IMG/VR virus record: IMGVR_UViG_3300017778_007984
Span: 4,594 to 68,593 of that record
Strand: one strand, 5' to 3'
Length of the DNA stretch: 64,000 nucleotides
From: a virus
Taxonomy: Duplodnaviria > Caudoviricetes
In this document: positions 42,942 to 53,323 of the stretch, in pieces
Numbering within the stretch: the first letter of the stretch is position 1
How the letters are laid out: each line of letters starts with the position of its first letter
Program-made: the position numbers and the translations under genes
The notes under the pieces: generated by a model
What the model saw: the letters and a program-made list of their open reading frames with translations, nothing else
Told to the model about the DNA's origin: nothing
The model's database searches: none

Positions 42942-43568
42942 TTATTTTTTGAAGTAAATCATACCCCATAAGGCTTTTCTACTCGAGTCCATAGTGTCAA
43001 TCAATTTGAAATTATCAAAATCTGACCAATTTAATTGTTCATCAAATAATACAGGGTCACTCTCCGTATACGCAAAATTTTTGTAACCTAAACCATTTAT
43101 GTGTTCCAAGGTTTTAGCAATTTTTTCTTTTTGTTCTTCTGCCCATTCAAAAGCAAATAAGGTATCGGGTAAAAAATCATGAAAATTAGTTAATATTTCA
43201 TATTCATACCCTTCAGTATCAATTTTAATGTAATCTGGAATTCCGTATTCCGCAATTGCATCGGCCAATGTTATTGTCTCAACCATAATTGAGTTATCCC
43301 AGCTGTACTCACCTGTGAATCTCGAGTTTTCAACCCAGTCAGTTGATAACGTAGAAATCGTATCAACATTTGCAAGTTTGAATTCTTGTGTTCCTTTTGC
43401 GTGAGAAATTGCACGATTGTCAATGTGAAGTTTTGGATTAGAAAAAAGATGTTTCAGATAATTAACCAAACCAGGATTTGGTTCAAAACTGATAACTTTG
43501 TCTGCATGACGTAAAAAAATTTCTGCGGTGCGTCCTCTATTAGCACCAATATCAAATATAAGATTCAT
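42942..43568 (-). CDS. FkbM-family methyltransferase
   Basis: FDIGANRG, ISFEPNP, YIKIDTEGYE. Confidence 0.88.
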   Translation of the reverse strand: MNLIFDIGANRGRTAEIFLRHADKVISFEPNPGLVNYLKHLFSNPKLHIDNRAISHAKGTQEFKLANVDTISTLSTDWVENSRFTGEYSWDNSIMVETITLADAIAEYGIPDYIKIDTEGYEYEILTNFHDFLPDTLFAFEWAEEQKEKIAKTLEHINGLGYKNFAYTESDPVLFDEQLNWSDFDNFKLIDTMDSSRKALWGMIYFKK

Positions 43569-43615
43569 TTTTTTTTGTAATTTTATTTTTTATTTAGTCA
43601 AAGAATAACTTAAAG

Positions 43616-44032
43616 TTATTTTCCTTTTTCATGTTCAATTATTTTTGTTGAAGAATATTGTTCTAATCTGTCGAAAAATATAATTTCTTTTGCGATTTTT
43701 TTTCCGAAAATTTTTGAGTTTTTGTGGTCTGAACCAATTATAATATATTCTGGGTTCCACAATTTGATTTGATTTTCTAATTCTTCATCGTTAGAAAAAG
43801 TTACAACACTCTCAACTGCTTTGATGTTCTTGAGAAGATACATTCTATCCTCTAAGTTGTTGACCGGTCTCTTTGGTCCTTTGAGTTTTTTTACTCTATC
43901 ATCAGTATCAACACCTACTCGGACAATCCCAAGCTTCCCGGCAAAGTTCAATAATTCGACATGACCTCTGTGTAAAACATCAAAAGTTCCATTCACCCAA
44001 ACTCTTATTTTTGTTGACTGTCCCCTCTCCAT
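43616..44032 (-). CDS. Cytidylyltransferase-like protein (HldE/RfaE adenylyltransferase domain)
   Basis: NGTFDVLHRGH (HIGH-type), VGVDTD..VKKLKG..RPVN, YSSTKII. Confidence 0.88.
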   Translation of the reverse strand: MERGQSTKIRVWVNGTFDVLHRGHVELLNFAGKLGIVRVGVDTDDRVKKLKGPKRPVNNLEDRMYLLKNIKAVESVVTFSNDEELENQIKLWNPEYIIIGSDHKNSKIFGKKIAKEIIFFDRLEQYSSTKIIEHEKGK

Positions 44033-44394
44033 ACTCTATAAGAATCTGTATTATAATGTGTTGTAGAAACCTCATATATTGTTCCGTCACTGACCGCTTC
44101 AAGTTGGTGCGGTTGTCCAGGATACTGCCTTACAGAATCTCCTTTAATAAGTAATTGTTCAATTACTTCTGCCGTTTCGGTGTCAATCCATCGATAAATA
44201 AATTCACCTTCTTGCACAAACCAAGTTTCATCTTTAATCATATGGTAGTGCATAGAGAATTTGGCCCCTTTTTTAAAAACTAATAATTTACCACAATAAA
44301 GTTCATTGTTTTCAAAAATAATTTCATGACCCCATCCTTTAGCAATGTGACAACTTTCACATTCAATGGTATTTTTTACACTTGGTTTTTGCAT
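44005..44394 (-). CDS. Cupin-fold sugar isomerase-like protein
   Basis: KGWGHE, SMHYHMIKDETW, HQLEA, YEVST. Confidence 0.8.
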   Translation of the reverse strand: MQKPSVKNTIECESCHIAKGWGHEIIFENNELYCGKLLVFKKGAKFSMHYHMIKDETWFVQEGEFIYRWIDTETAEVIEQLLIKGDSVRQYPGQPHQLEAVSDGTIYEVSTTHYNTDSYRVWRGDSQQK

Positions 44395-44397
44395 TTT

Positions 44398-45141
44398 TTA
44401 ATTTGGGACTGAAACTCCCTTTTTTGAGACAACTATTGATGCCATTTTATTTGCGAAATCGATTGATTCCTCAACATTTTTATTTTGATTAAATTTTAAA
44501 ATAAAAGATGCTGTGAATGTGTCCCCAGCCCCACTTACGTCGATTGTTTCTCTTGGTTTTTGAACTGGATAAACTTTATTTTTAAATTTTGTCCCATTAG
44601 CACCAAGAGTAATTATTACATTTGATAAATCCTTGATATGTTTATTATTATCATATTCTTTTTCATTTAGTTTTATAAATGAAAATGCTTTTACAATTTT
44701 GTTATTAATTGTACGTTTTGTATCTAAAATAGATAATTTGGAATTTTTACCAATTTCAAATAAATCTTCGAATTTGATAAACCCTTTATTATAATCACTA
44801 ACAATTACAATATCATAGTCTGATAAAGAGTTTTTCTTTTCTCTAGTAAAATTAAAGGTTTCTATGTTTTTATCACCATCGTCAACTCTTATAAACATAT
44901 GATTACTTTTTTTATCAACATACCTTATTTTTTGAACAATACTTTTTTGCGTCCAGTGGTCAATCTGTAAAGTTTCATTTAATGAAATTAAGTTTCTGAC
45001 AACATTTCCAGACATTCCTGGATTTTCAACAATTGTAACAGGATTAATAATTGGAACTGGGGCTTCCGGAGATAATCTATCCGAGTGGCAATAAATAAAT
45101 TTGTCATAACAACTTTCACCAATGACTAAAACTCTAACCAT
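44398..45141 (-). CDS. PfkB-family kinase (HldE/RfaE heptose kinase domain)
   Basis: RLSPEAPVP, GMSGNV..N, SDYNKG, DVSGAGDTF. Confidence 0.88.
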   Translation of the reverse strand: MVRVLVIGESCYDKFIYCHSDRLSPEAPVPIINPVTIVENPGMSGNVVRNLISLNETLQIDHWTQKSIVQKIRYVDKKSNHMFIRVDDGDKNIETFNFTREKKNSLSDYDIVIVSDYNKGFIKFEDLFEIGKNSKLSILDTKRTINNKIVKAFSFIKLNEKEYDNNKHIKDLSNVIITLGANGTKFKNKVYPVQKPRETIDVSGAGDTFTASFILKFNQNKNVEESIDFANKMASIVVSKKGVSVPN

Positions 45142-45143
45142 GT

Positions 45144-45956
45144 TTATATCAAATTAGCATACCTATTAATTCCTGCTTCTAAATCAAATTTAGGAGTCCA
45201 ACCTGTCATCCATTTTTTCTTGTTACTACAAGTGTAAAATTGGTATCCGTCTGGAATTTGATTTTCATCATAATAATGATAATTAATCCCCAGAATTTCA
45301 AGTATTTTTTCAAAAGGTTCTGCGTTTCCAGAACCAACATCATAAAAATCACCTTTTAACTTTTTGTAATTTTTGAAAGCATAAATGTTAGCGTTTACGA
45401 CATCATCTACATACACAAAATCCCTCAATGGTTTTTTTGGAAAAAGTTTAAAGTATTCTGTTGAAGTTTTTTTATGAGTAATGGTCTGATAAATTACAGA
45501 AGACATTCTTCCTTTATGTTGCTCTTTTGGGCCATAAACATTAAAATATCTCAAGGATATTCCACCATTAGAATTAACATAACACTCAGCCGTGTATTTT
45601 GACCACGCATACAAATTTGACGGTAATTTACCCTCAGAACCATAATTTGCTGCGGAAGATGAATAAATAATTGGCACCTTATTTTGAACACACCAATCTA
45701 CAAGACATTTCGTGAACTCAAAATTTGTTGTCATCATGTACTGAACATTTGTTTCTAAAGTATCAGAGCAAGCACCAACGTGGAAAATTACCTTGGGTGC
45801 AAATTTGTTGAGCTTATTGATAAGCTTGGTTTGCCAGTTTTCTAAACCCAAAAAATCTTCATTGATTTTTAAAAAAGAGTTTTTTTCTTTTTTTTGGAGT
45901 TCCGTAAGTAAATTTGAACCGATAAAACCTTTAGTTCCTGTAATTAATATTTTCAT
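45144..45956 (-). CDS. hldD: ADP-L-glycero-D-manno-heptose 6-epimerase-like protein
   Basis: TGTKGFIGS, FHVGACSDT, YSSSAANYG, YAWSK, LRYFNVYGP.E.HKGRMSSV. Confidence 0.85.
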   Translation of the reverse strand: MKILITGTKGFIGSNLLTELQKKEKNSFLKINEDFLGLENWQTKLINKLNKFAPKVIFHVGACSDTLETNVQYMMTTNFEFTKCLVDWCVQNKVPIIYSSSAANYGSEGKLPSNLYAWSKYTAECYVNSNGGISLRYFNVYGPKEQHKGRMSSVIYQTITHKKTSTEYFKLFPKKPLRDFVYVDDVVNANIYAFKNYKKLKGDFYDVGSGNAEPFEKILEILGINYHYYDENQIPDGYQFYTCSNKKKWMTGWTPKFDLEAGINRYANLI

Positions 45957-45962
45957 AATTTA

Positions 45963-46802
45963 TTATTTACCAATATAATTTCTGTAAAAAGTGCTTATTT
46001 CTTGAGGAGAGTAAGGCAAAAAAAATCTTTGCAACCATGTATTTGTCATAACCTCTGATTGTATATTTGCGTTGTGAGATTTGACATATAAATTTTCAGG
46101 TTTAAGAACTTTAGAACTCAAAATTGATACAAACGAATCGCAACCAGCATATATTTTTGCGTTTTTACAAAGCCCTACAATTGTTTTGATTTTAGGCCTA
46201 TGTAGTATTACACCGTTGTCAAATTTATAGTCAAAATCCGAATCTGTTATTACCACCACTTTTAATTTATTATCATTTGATAATGAATTAATAAAGTTCC
46301 AATCCTCGTTAGATATTGAGGCAATATCACTTCTGGGCCTAGTTGAGGTCGGGTAATGAAATAAAATGTAATTATTTGGTTCAACCCCAATTTCATTCCA
46401 ATTAACATCATTGTCTTTAGCATCATCTAAAAAAGATGAGTTTGTAAATTTTCTATTTTCATCTAAGAAGATAGCTGCCGCATCGATTGCATTTACTTCA
46501 TCTTTTCTGAGATTAAATAGTGAAAGTCCAACTTCAAAATTTCTGTTAAAGTCGGGTCTAAAATGCCAGAAGTTTTTTGCTCCAGAATCTAGTGAGTTCA
46601 TATTTTCTATTCCTACATCGTCCGGTATAATGTGTTGTTTTATTAAGTTAGGATAATAAGAATTGTTTTCCAACAAAGGTATTAAATCCCTTCCAAACCT
46701 GCATGCCCAATAAATTTCAGTTATATTATCACGTTCTTTTTGTGTTAAAACAGAGTCTAAACACATCATATCACCGATACCAACAGAAAAATAAGTTTTC
46801 AC
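45963..46802 (-). CDS. Hypothetical protein, possibly GT9-like
   Basis: GIGDMMC N-terminus and YAGCDSFVSILS resemble GT9 heptosyltransferase motifs; adjacent to heptose genes. Confidence 0.45.
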   Translation of the reverse strand: MKTYFSVGIGDMMCLDSVLTQKERDNITEIYWACRFGRDLIPLLENNSYYPNLIKQHIIPDDVGIENMNSLDSGAKNFWHFRPDFNRNFEVGLSLFNLRKDEVNAIDAAAIFLDENRKFTNSSFLDDAKDNDVNWNEIGVEPNNYILFHYPTSTRPRSDIASISNEDWNFINSLSNDNKLKVVVITDSDFDYKFDNGVILHRPKIKTIVGLCKNAKIYAGCDSFVSILSSKVLKPENLYVKSHNANIQSEVMTNTWLQRFFLPYSPQEISTFYRNYIGK

Positions 46803-48005
46803 TTAGTACCTAGATTTCCGTTCAATAATTATTGCTGGTCTACCACTTTCTTTGGCGCCACGGAAAGCTTTCAAAACATCCACACCAGTTACTGGGTCTA
46901 AAACTGGAAAATTAACAAGTGTCTTTAAAACTTCAGTAAAATCTTGATGGTGTGTTGGACCAGAATAAAATGGACCACCAAAAGCTTCAACTGCTCTTAT
47001 AATAATAGGTACTTTATATTCACCATGAGAAATACGTTCAATTTTATCAATATGATTACCAATAGCATCCATAGCAACCAACATAAAATCGTGTCTTTCA
47101 TAATATAAAACTGGTTTAAACCCTTCAAAAGACATACCTATCGCAAGTCCTGCCATTAAGTTTTCGGCGACTGGAGTTTCCAACTTTTGTTCTATTGGAA
47201 CCGTTTTCAAGGTGCCCATAGCATCACCTTTTGCAACATTATACCCAATGAAAATCATACCATCTTCACCAAATTCAGTCATGACTTGATTTACCGCTTC
47301 TTTGTAGGTAATATCAAGACCATCCAATTCTTCATATTTTGGATATTCGAAAGGAATTAGTGATGGAAAATATTCTTCATCACTTTTGACTTGTGTTTTT
47401 GTTAAATCAATCATTCCTGGTTTTCTAGCATGAGGATAAGTAACGTCATAATAATATTTTATCACTGATGAAGAACTCCAAATGTAATCAGCTGTTTTAC
47501 CCCATCTTTCTTCGTTAGTTGATTCAACAGAACGGTTATTATTTTCAATAACAAATGTACAAGGCAAATCAAAACCATCTACATATCTGACAGCTTCGTA
47601 AGTGTGGCCAGAATCTTCAGTACCATCACCAATGAAACACCAAACTCTTTGGTCCGACCCTTTACGTTTTAATGCCCATGCTATGCCTGCAGCAATGGCT
47701 GGAGTACCTCCAATTATTGCTGAACAAAAGAAATTCTTTTCTCTATCATAAATAAACATACTTCTACCGTTTAAAATACGGTCTTCAACTACCTCTGGTT
47801 CTATTCCGTGTAATAAGGCATGATAGTGACTTCTGTGGTTAGAAATAACATAATCACCTTCCTTAATATTCTTGAATATATCAATCAATGCATCTTCATT
47901 TCCTCCCGAAAGGTGAAACAAGAATGGCAGTTTATTATCTAAATACAAATCACCTATTCTATTTTCAAAGGCAATTAACTCCTGTTTAGTCCAATTTTTT
48001 TTCAT
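46803..48005 (-). CDS. Fused TPP-dependent enzyme (E1-alpha-like plus E1-beta/transketolase pyrimidine-binding domain)
   Basis: HLSGGNE, HRSHYH, GDG...ENN TPP motif, then ETPVAEN...GLAIG...GFKPV. Confidence 0.82.
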   Translation of the reverse strand: MKKNWTKQELIAFENRIGDLYLDNKLPFLFHLSGGNEDALIDIFKNIKEGDYVISNHRSHYHALLHGIEPEVVEDRILNGRSMFIYDREKNFFCSAIIGGTPAIAAGIAWALKRKGSDQRVWCFIGDGTEDSGHTYEAVRYVDGFDLPCTFVIENNNRSVESTNEERWGKTADYIWSSSSVIKYYYDVTYPHARKPGMIDLTKTQVKSDEEYFPSLIPFEYPKYEELDGLDITYKEAVNQVMTEFGEDGMIFIGYNVAKGDAMGTLKTVPIEQKLETPVAENLMAGLAIGMSFEGFKPVLYYERHDFMLVAMDAIGNHIDKIERISHGEYKVPIIIRAVEAFGGPFYSGPTHHQDFTEVLKTLVNFPVLDPVTGVDVLKAFRGAKESGRPAIIIERKSRY

Positions 48006-48020
48006 TTTTTATTTACTTAT

Positions 48021-49052
48021 TTATTTATTTTTTATCATTATTCGACCAGCAGTTCCACTTTTAAGTAGTTCAAATGCCTCATTTATTTGCTCGAGTTCAA
48101 AGTAGTGTGTTATTAATTTATCAACACTTAGTTTTCCTGATTTTTGTAAATTTACATATCTTGGAATGTCCTCAGTAGGATTTGTTTTTCCGCCTTGAGT
48201 TGCTTTAATAATCTTACCATTTCCATCAAACAAAGAATATGCATTTGGTATTACAATTTTTTCCCCAGGGCTAGGTTGTCCCACCAAAATAAATCTACCC
48301 TTGTTTGAAAGGTAGTTTAAACTTTCCTCAATAACCGCAACATTACCCGTGGTATCAATAATCACGTCTACTTTTTCCTTCAAAAGAATATCGGACATTT
48401 TTTCAACATTCGTATTTATGTATCTTGTTGCTCCCAAGGAAATTGCTAACTCTTTTTTATTTTCCGTTCTATCCACTGCGTAAATAGGATATGTGTTAGC
48501 TAATGATGCGCCTTGTATCAAATTTAATCCAACACCACCAGTTCCGATAATCATAACACTTTCACCAAATTTTAGGTCAGCTTCGTTATTGATTACACCT
48601 AGGGCTGTTGTTAAACCACAGCCAAGAAGTGCACACAGCTCCTCTGGAGTATCATTAGGGACAGTGGTAATTCTGTTTTCAGAAACTACCGAATATTCAC
48701 TTATTGTTGTAACTTTGCCACTTGACATTTTTTTATTTTCGTAAATGTATGTTGGAAAGTCTGATTCTATTCCATCACCTTTTCTCCAGTGCATTACTAC
48801 CTTATCACCCACTTTAACAGTGGTGACACCTGGACCAATTTCCTCTACAATTCCACAGCCTTCATGCCCTAGTAAATGGGGTACAAATTTAGAATTACCT
48901 TTTAATCCTGCTAATTCTTGGAGCTGAGCACCACAAAGTCCGCTCATTAAAATTTTTATTAATACTTGACCGACCTTTAATTCTGTCGTTTCTATTTCAG
49001 AAACTACCAAAGGTTTTCCTATTTCTGTTAAAATAGCTGCTTTAAATTTCAT
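48021..49052 (-). CDS. Zn-binding alcohol dehydrogenase (MDR family)
   Basis: GLCG, GHEGCG, LLGCGLTTA, IGTGGVGL. Confidence 0.88.
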   Translation of the reverse strand: MKFKAAILTEIGKPLVVSEIETTELKVGQVLIKILMSGLCGAQLQELAGLKGNSKFVPHLLGHEGCGIVEEIGPGVTTVKVGDKVVMHWRKGDGIESDFPTYIYENKKMSSGKVTTISEYSVVSENRITTVPNDTPEELCALLGCGLTTALGVINNEADLKFGESVMIIGTGGVGLNLIQGASLANTYPIYAVDRTENKKELAISLGATRYINTNVEKMSDILLKEKVDVIIDTTGNVAVIEESLNYLSNKGRFILVGQPSPGEKIVIPNAYSLFDGNGKIIKATQGGKTNPTEDIPRYVNLQKSGKLSVDKLITHYFELEQINEAFELLKSGTAGRIMIKNK

Positions 49053-49081
49053 CTTTTTTTTTAAAAATATAAAAAAAGTTA

Positions 49082-49900
49082 TTATAAGATAAATTGATTA
49101 TGAAAAAAATTAATTAATTCTTGTGTACTTCCTTTTATTGTTTCTACATTAAATTCTAATTCGTAGGTACAAATATCCTGGGTAATGTTTAGAAATTTAG
49201 TTTCGTTAATTATCGCAAACTTATTGAGGGTAATCCAAAACGGGGAAGTTGGTACACCAATAACTTTTATAGCTTTTTTTGATAACTGTCCAATTTCAAC
49301 TATAGACAAATTTTTATCTAAAGTACAAGGATAATCACCAAGTTTTTTTGTTGTAATAAACGACTTACCGGTTTGTTTAATTTTATCAATTATATTAGAA
49401 AAAATTTCATCTTGTTCTTTTATGGTAAAACTGACTTGACCACTTTTACAATCACTATTTATTATTAGATAGTCAAAGTAACCTATTTTTGATTCTTCAC
49501 CCAACACATCTTCATCAAATAATACGTCATATTTGTTTTTGAAGGGAAATATCAAATTTAATTCGTCAGAAATTAACTTATAACTTTCATAAACCATTCT
49601 TAAAACATCTTCTAGTTCTGGATAATTTAAACAAAAAAAGGGATAATTTTCCCCTTCCAAAGCTTTAACTCTGTGTAAAATTTCACCACACCAAAGATTA
49701 GTACCCTTTGAACTTTCTTTAGGAAATAATTTTATTCTGTGGTTCAAATTTATTAATTCTTTCAGTGTATTATGGTGTTCTATGTTACAATGAAAATTAA
49801 TGTCAAGATTATTTTTCTCAGACAATTTATTAAGAAAATGTATTGACACGAGACAATCTCCTAAATGAAATTCATTATAAAATTCTAGTTCGCGGTACAT
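49082..49900 (-). CDS. Hypothetical protein in glycan island
   Basis: HLGDC N-terminal motif similar to neighbouring GT-like genes. Confidence 0.65.
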   Translation of the reverse strand: MYRELEFYNEFHLGDCLVSIHFLNKLSEKNNLDINFHCNIEHHNTLKELINLNHRIKLFPKESSKGTNLWCGEILHRVKALEGENYPFFCLNYPELEDVLRMVYESYKLISDELNLIFPFKNKYDVLFDEDVLGEESKIGYFDYLIINSDCKSGQVSFTIKEQDEIFSNIIDKIKQTGKSFITTKKLGDYPCTLDKNLSIVEIGQLSKKAIKVIGVPTSPFWITLNKFAIINETKFLNITQDICTYELEFNVETIKGSTQELINFFHNQFIL

Positions 49901-49907
49901 TTATTAA

Positions 49908-50531
49908 TTACATTTTTGGTGTCATTATTAAATACCCTTGATGACGAAAATCCTTTTCAAAATTATGAGTAACAGAAAAAAGTTCAAAAATAAATTCTGA
50001 TTCTGTTTTAATATTCAACTCTTGTTGAAGCCATTCGTATTGCCAAACCTGACCGTGTTTAATAGATTCATAATTTTTGTCTTTGTCGTATAAAACAAAA
50101 TCATCAATAATAAAAACATCCCTAGAAATATCTCTCAATGACTTAATAATTCTTAATTCACTTTCTAAAGGAAACGCTTCTTCTCTGTATTGTCTTATAG
50201 ATTCTTCATAGGTTGTTTTATGAAAATCGGCCCCAGGAAAATGAGCATCCAAGAAAAAAAGGGTTGGTTGGTCTTTTTCCAGTTTTGGAACAAACTCTTC
50301 TAGGGCTTTTGTTGAATAGTTATTTATTAGAATTACTTCTTGTTTGTCTTGGAATCTATTAAGAGCTGATTTGTATAAATCTTCATCTAAGTCCACACTG
50401 TAAAATTTTTCAAAATTAAATTTTGTGGCATAGTCAAGACTTACACATTCTCCAGTTCCGGTCTCAAAATAAATTTTTGTATGAAATTTATCTATGAAAT
50501 CTTCTAAATTGAATGTTGTTATTTGTCCCAT
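49908..50531 (-). CDS. Methyltransferase-like hypothetical protein
   Basis: YFETGTG.G-like, FFLDAH, IIDD motifs. Confidence 0.55.
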   Translation of the reverse strand: MGQITTFNLEDFIDKFHTKIYFETGTGECVSLDYATKFNFEKFYSVDLDEDLYKSALNRFQDKQEVILINNYSTKALEEFVPKLEKDQPTLFFLDAHFPGADFHKTTYEESIRQYREEAFPLESELRIIKSLRDISRDVFIIDDFVLYDKDKNYESIKHGQVWQYEWLQQELNIKTESEFIFELFSVTHNFEKDFRHQGYLIMTPKM

Positions 50532-50532
50532 T

Positions 50533-51189
50533 TTATTTTCTGTATATTGAAATGTCTGTGTTTATTGTTTTGTAATCCTCCATAATGTGAGAATATATTT
50601 TGTGTGCAACTTCGTTAGGTTCAGCTAATTCTGTATAATTATTTCTTTGTTTTGTCATTTTTGATTTGAAAGCACCTAATGTAACATTCACAATTCTAAT
50701 ATTTTTTTGGGAATCAAACTCCTTAATTAATGAATCTGTAAAGCCCTTTAATCCAAATTTTGATGCGCAATATATGGATTCGTACTTTGAACCATTCAAA
50801 CCAGCAACTGAATTTATATTATAAATCATTCCTCCATTTTTACTAACCAAATAATTCAGCAAGTTTTTTGTAATCAACATTGTTGCTATTAGATTTACAT
50901 TTATAAGATTGATGATTTCATCATCGCTAATTTTTAAAATTGGTTTGTGTAAATACAAACCAACATTGTTGATTAAAACGTTTGAATCGGTTGCGATGAA
51001 TTGTTGTTCTATTTGGTTTTGGACTTCTTTGAATGAAATATCTCCAAATACGTTGTTGGGGTTTTTAACATCCTGCTGTTTGTGAAAATGCCCATTTGTA
51101 ATTATATTATTTTTTTTAAAAACATTAACTAATTCCGTTCCTAAACTTCCGTTAGCTCCAGTAATAAAAACTTTTCTTTGACTAAACAA
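50533..51189 (-). CDS. Short-chain dehydrogenase/reductase
   Basis: TGANGSLG, INNVG, NINS, YCASK. Confidence 0.88.
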   Translation of the reverse strand: MFSQRKVFITGANGSLGTELVNVFKKNNIITNGHFHKQQDVKNPNNVFGDISFKEVQNQIEQQFIATDSNVLINNVGLYLHKPILKISDDEIINLINVNLIATMLITKNLLNYLVSKNGGMIYNINSVAGLNGSKYESIYCASKFGLKGFTDSLIKEFDSQKNIRIVNVTLGAFKSKMTKQRNNYTELAEPNEVAHKIYSHIMEDYKTINTDISIYRK

Positions 51190-51907
51190 AATTCCAATTT
51201 TTACTGCAGTGAGATTTCATATATTCATAGTCGTCTTTCTGACCATATTGAGATGTGTATTTTGAGTATATGTATACGTTTTCTTCAATGCCAAGTTTTT
51301 CAAGAATATAATAGAGTGATGTTTCCATGGTATGAATCTCTCTGGCTTTTTCGATTACCCTTATCCAGTCAAAAATATTAAATCCAGGAACAATATCCAT
51401 GTAGATATTTTTCAAACCATTTAAAGGGTTTATGTGGTCATTCGTTTTGAAGTTGGGCGGCGTACCAAAATTACGATTAATTAAATTAAAAGGTTCGTTG
51501 TCTTCTAATTTTAAAAACTCTATGAGTTTAGATTCTTTTTCGAGATTTCTCTTCAAAGAAAAATAATTCTTCCAATCGTGATAATCTGTATTAAAAAAAA
51601 ATTTGTATTTGATGTGACCATGAGCCCGCATATCTGTATGACTTGTGACAATATCTGATGTAACAAGTGGTATGTATAAAAGCTCCTCGGTATTTATAAT
51701 ACTTTTTCCTAGATTTGTTTCCTGAGTTTTTGGTTCAAAAAAAACGTTAGGTTGTGAAATGTATTCGTGCAAATAATTGTATACTTCAGATACGGGCCAA
51801 ACAACCTTATCACAACCAAATTCTTGTAAAGCAACGTGAGCAATTTTTTGACAAAACAAAATGTCCCCTAGGCCTGCTGGTTGATTTATAATACAAATTT
51901 TAGACAT
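51182..51907 (-). CDS. Hypothetical protein, possibly glycosyltransferase
   Basis: QPAGLGDILF N-terminal motif. Confidence 0.55.
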   Translation of the reverse strand: MSKICIINQPAGLGDILFCQKIAHVALQEFGCDKVVWPVSEVYNYLHEYISQPNVFFEPKTQETNLGKSIINTEELLYIPLVTSDIVTSHTDMRAHGHIKYKFFFNTDYHDWKNYFSLKRNLEKESKLIEFLKLEDNEPFNLINRNFGTPPNFKTNDHINPLNGLKNIYMDIVPGFNIFDWIRVIEKAREIHTMETSLYYILEKLGIEENVYIYSKYTSQYGQKDDYEYMKSHCSKNWNFV

Positions 51908-52706
51908 ACTCTTTTAAATAATTCTCAAAAATCCAATCATCTAAATTGTCTAATTTTTTTGAAAGTTCAAAGTTTTCTTTTATTGCATCAAGTTTACTGT
52001 AATATAACTCTGAAGTCAAATCAGATATATTGGTATCATCTAAAAAAATGATACCATCAGAATTAAAATGTTCGATTATTCTTCTTGTACCTTTGTAGAT
52101 AGGAATGGTACCTGTCGCAAAACAATCTATTATTTTTTCAGTAAAATAAGTATCATAAGTGTCGTTTTCTATAGCCACCGAAAACATATAATCTTTTAGA
52201 CCCTCTTCTTTTTTTGATATTTCCTTGAAACCTCTTCCAAACAAATCCAAATTGTTACGGTTTTCGTTTGCGAAATTGTATCTGAACTGATGTTGAGGAG
52301 TAGCTTGCTTATCTGAGGTAATCATCGATAAACGTTTAGTTTTTTCATAGATTGCATACTCCTCAATGTAAGAACCATATGCTGGTGTCCATTTGAACTT
52401 TGGGTGTAAATTAACTAATTCGTCTGAATGAGTCCATATTTGTTCGTAAGTATCAAGAACTTGTTCTAAATGTGATTTTACTTGTTGGGAAGTTCCACCA
52501 TCATATTGCTGACTTTCAAGTATCCAAAGGAATTTTTTCTTACCATCATTTTTATCTCCAAAGCCAGCAAACATCCCACCATCAACGTAAACTGATATAG
52601 GATTTTCTTTACTGTAAAAATCCCACTTAAGGTTTTTTGGTGTTTTCCACCAGGTTGAGCAGTGTGCATGAGCGAAGTTTCCACTAAGCATGTTCAAATG
52701 TGTCAT
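51900..52706 (-). CDS. GT10 (alpha-1,3-fucosyltransferase)-like protein
   Basis: FSVAIEND...YFTEKIIDCFATGTIPIYKG. Confidence 0.78.
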   Translation of the reverse strand: MTHLNMLSGNFAHAHCSTWWKTPKNLKWDFYSKENPISVYVDGGMFAGFGDKNDGKKKFLWILESQQYDGGTSQQVKSHLEQVLDTYEQIWTHSDELVNLHPKFKWTPAYGSYIEEYAIYEKTKRLSMITSDKQATPQHQFRYNFANENRNNLDLFGRGFKEISKKEEGLKDYMFSVAIENDTYDTYFTEKIIDCFATGTIPIYKGTRRIIEHFNSDGIIFLDDTNISDLTSELYYSKLDAIKENFELSKKLDNLDDWIFENYLKEYV

Positions 52707-53323
52707 AACAATTGTTTTTTAATAAATAATCCATCTCCCCAAGTTCCACCGGCCCAAGTTTCCTCTACAAATTCAAAACCATACGGCTTCAAAAATTCAA
52801 TCAATTCTTCAATTTTAGCGCAATTTTCATAAACTTCATCTCTATTTATTTCTGACATTATAAAATCAATTTTTTCCAAAGTTTTAGCCGCACCTTTAAA
52901 AACTTCTAATTCATATCCTTGCACATCTATGTTTATGAAATTGTATTTTTCAAACTCGAGGTCTAAATCATCTAATCGTCGCATTTGAACTTTTTCTGTC
53001 GATTCAAATTTAATATGAGGATATTGTGTCAAATGGAGAATGGGTTTCAAAATAGAGCTTGATTGCCCCATATTTGCAGTTTCTACGTTCATTTCAACTG
53101 TTTTATTTTCGTTACCCAAAGCTAATTGATGTAACAAAAAACTTTCACCAATATTTTGTTTTAAGGTTTCAAAATTTTTTGATAGGGGTTCGAAAAAAAT
53201 TCTGTTTTGAATATTGAGGTGATTATAAACATTATTTTCTTCACCAAAATGTGCCCCAATATGGAGTACACCTTTAATATTCATATTATATTTTATAACA
53301 AGGTTTTGTAAGTCAAGCAACAT
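52703..53323 (-). CDS. FkbM-family methyltransferase
   Basis: LHIGAHFGEE, FFEP, INIDVQGYELEVFKGA. Confidence 0.88.
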   Translation of the reverse strand: MLLDLQNLVIKYNMNIKGVLHIGAHFGEENNVYNHLNIQNRIFFEPLSKNFETLKQNIGESFLLHQLALGNENKTVEMNVETANMGQSSSILKPILHLTQYPHIKFESTEKVQMRRLDDLDLEFEKYNFINIDVQGYELEVFKGAAKTLEKIDFIMSEINRDEVYENCAKIEELIEFLKPYGFEFVEETWAGGTWGDGLFIKKQLL

